Source: Mobula hypostoma (lineage: Eukaryota). From it: a stretch of DNA of 64,000 nucleotides. The stretch's first letter is position 1. Each line of letters opens with the position of its first letter. Shown in pieces: positions 62,231 to 64,000 of this stretch. The stretch spans positions 118,484,001 to 118,548,000 of the forward strand of contig NC_086097.1 in the NCBI RefSeq assembly GCF_963921235.1, in the 5' to 3' direction. Under the pieces are notes generated by a model. The model saw only the letters and a program-made list of their open reading frames with translations, was not told the origin of the DNA and searched no databases. Position numbers and translations under genes: made by a program.

Positions 62231-64000
62231 ATAAATACTGTAAATATGTCAAAGGTGCTATATAAATGAAGAGTAATATCTTTGATGTTCGATTTTGAAA
62301 TTAATGTACTTAACTTTTATTTCAACAATGAATTACATTCCGTATTTCTGCATTTAACTTTTTTTAAATGAAAAATACTCCTAAGTTTTGATTTTTAAAA
62401 AGTTCCACATTATAGTTTTATTGTGAGGTCCTGAGGTAAAATTGGAGAAAGGCTCAGATGATTGAGAATAACATCTGTCCTTTGATTCTCAAGGAAAGTA
62501 TGAGAAATAAGATAACTTTTTCTACCTTTATTAGTCATACAGCTGCAGACTTATAGATAAGCACCCAATGAAACATTTCATGTGACATATCCATTGATAT
62601 GTAACCTGTCAACAGCAGGTTTTTGAAGCACAAACTACTCCAAATAGCTCTAAAGTCAATGGTGCATTTTTATTCATAACATCAGAGCAGCGCATCAACA
62701 GTTCCCTGGAAAAAAAACATTTCTGATATCTTTTGGAAATGTTTCAATTTGAGTCACTGCTGATCCTGGGCCTCTGAATATCATCAAGGGTTCTAGATAC
62801 ATCACTCTAAGATTCAGTGTATTTTACTGCAAGTAAGTCTGGTTATTTCTAAGGGATAAGATACATATTTCTTGCTTGATGTATAAATGAGCAGGTCATC
62901 TCAGTGACTGCACTTAGAATGAAGGAAAGCTTAGTTATCTAATTGCTTGAATAAACTTTAAGCATTACAAGTTATGAAACCACTTTCAGGAGCATTTAGG
63001 ATCAATTTACCAATATCACAAAATACTATCTGCTGCAAATTCCAATACTCTGGGTTAAAGTTCTCATAGACATATCTTCATTTTTTTTCAATGGGAAATA
63101 AAGGGTCAAGCAAGATGAAAAATATGATTGAGTGAAGGTACCCAAGATCCATACAAATCACATTTTGGGCCTCACCTTCAGTAGTTATTATCAGATCCAC
63201 TAATTCCAAAGATATAAAATTCTATGTAAATATCCTGGCCACAAATAAATCTGATTAATGCGATGTAGTGAAGAAATTTTTGAAGAATTAACTGCCTCAA
63301 GGAATTCCCCAAAGCTATATCAACAGAAAAAAAATTGAGGTGTGCAGGTTCAAAAATGATTGCAGTTGTCAGTTCAAAACAGTCCAAAGCAATATCTGCA
63401 GTATTTTAATTTTCAATGTGTTTACATCGAAAGAGTTTACCTATACAATCCAGAAGTTTTTGGAGTAATGTAAGTGAGATATAAGGTTACGGCACTCAGT
63501 TTTACTGAAAATAATTTGTGCTTTTGTAATTTTTTCTTATAAACTAAAAGAAGAACTGTAGTCATACTGTGTGTGTGTAAACGTGACTTTAACAACAAAA
63601 ACTCAGATTTGAAACTGAATGCCATTTTGTTCAAGAAGTTGTGCAGACTAATTGAAATGGCTGTATATCATTTGGCAAATTATGTTTAATTTAGCAATCT
63701 AACCTCGCAGTATCCAGCAGTACAGGAGCTAATGAGTTCCGGTGAAGAACTCCAGGCTGAACTTAAAACATGCTCCTGTTTCCACTGTTTACTTCCTGCT
63801 GCTAAGTTCAAGTGTATTCTCTGTGGGGACCAATTCGTCGTGGATCTCTGCAGGCACCGACATTGAGGAAAGAACACAAGCGAGACACTTGGTGATCAAG
63901 TGGCGCTGGTAAGAGCTTAACCTGCTGAAATAGAAGTCTGCAGAAAGACTTAAGGAATAAAGACACAGACTATCTTCTTGAAGTGGAGAAAATTCAGAAA

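Overview
Eukaryotic, repeat-rich vertebrate genomic DNA, probably from a cartilaginous fish (shark or ray); this is inferred from the mix of V-SINE-like, CR1, RTE and Penelope repeats. No complete host gene is visible. The left 24.5 kb is a stack of nested retroelements: (1) a young minus-strand Gypsy LTR element running off the left edge (195-bp LTR, tRNA-Trp PBS, open pol); (2) an RTE LINE inserted in an old CR1 and itself interrupted by a Penelope-like element with an inverted pLTR and hammerhead motifs; (3) an internally deleted Gmr1-like LTR element with PR-IN-RT order; (4) a 5'-truncated CR1 with an uninterrupted 1010-codon ORF2 that has no AUG before its endonuclease domain but follows an in-frame T_TTA_AAC slippery site. 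Positions 24539-57161 (~32.6 kb, ~930 units) are one tandem array of a 35-bp GC-rich monomer with nested higher-order duplications. It appears to have expanded inside a dispersed retroelement. The long Pro-rich ORFs over the array are arithmetic by-products. The right 7 kb is AT-rich with repeat relics. A few minus-strand, splice-flanked open segments hint that the window is intronic in an unidentified gene (low confidence).
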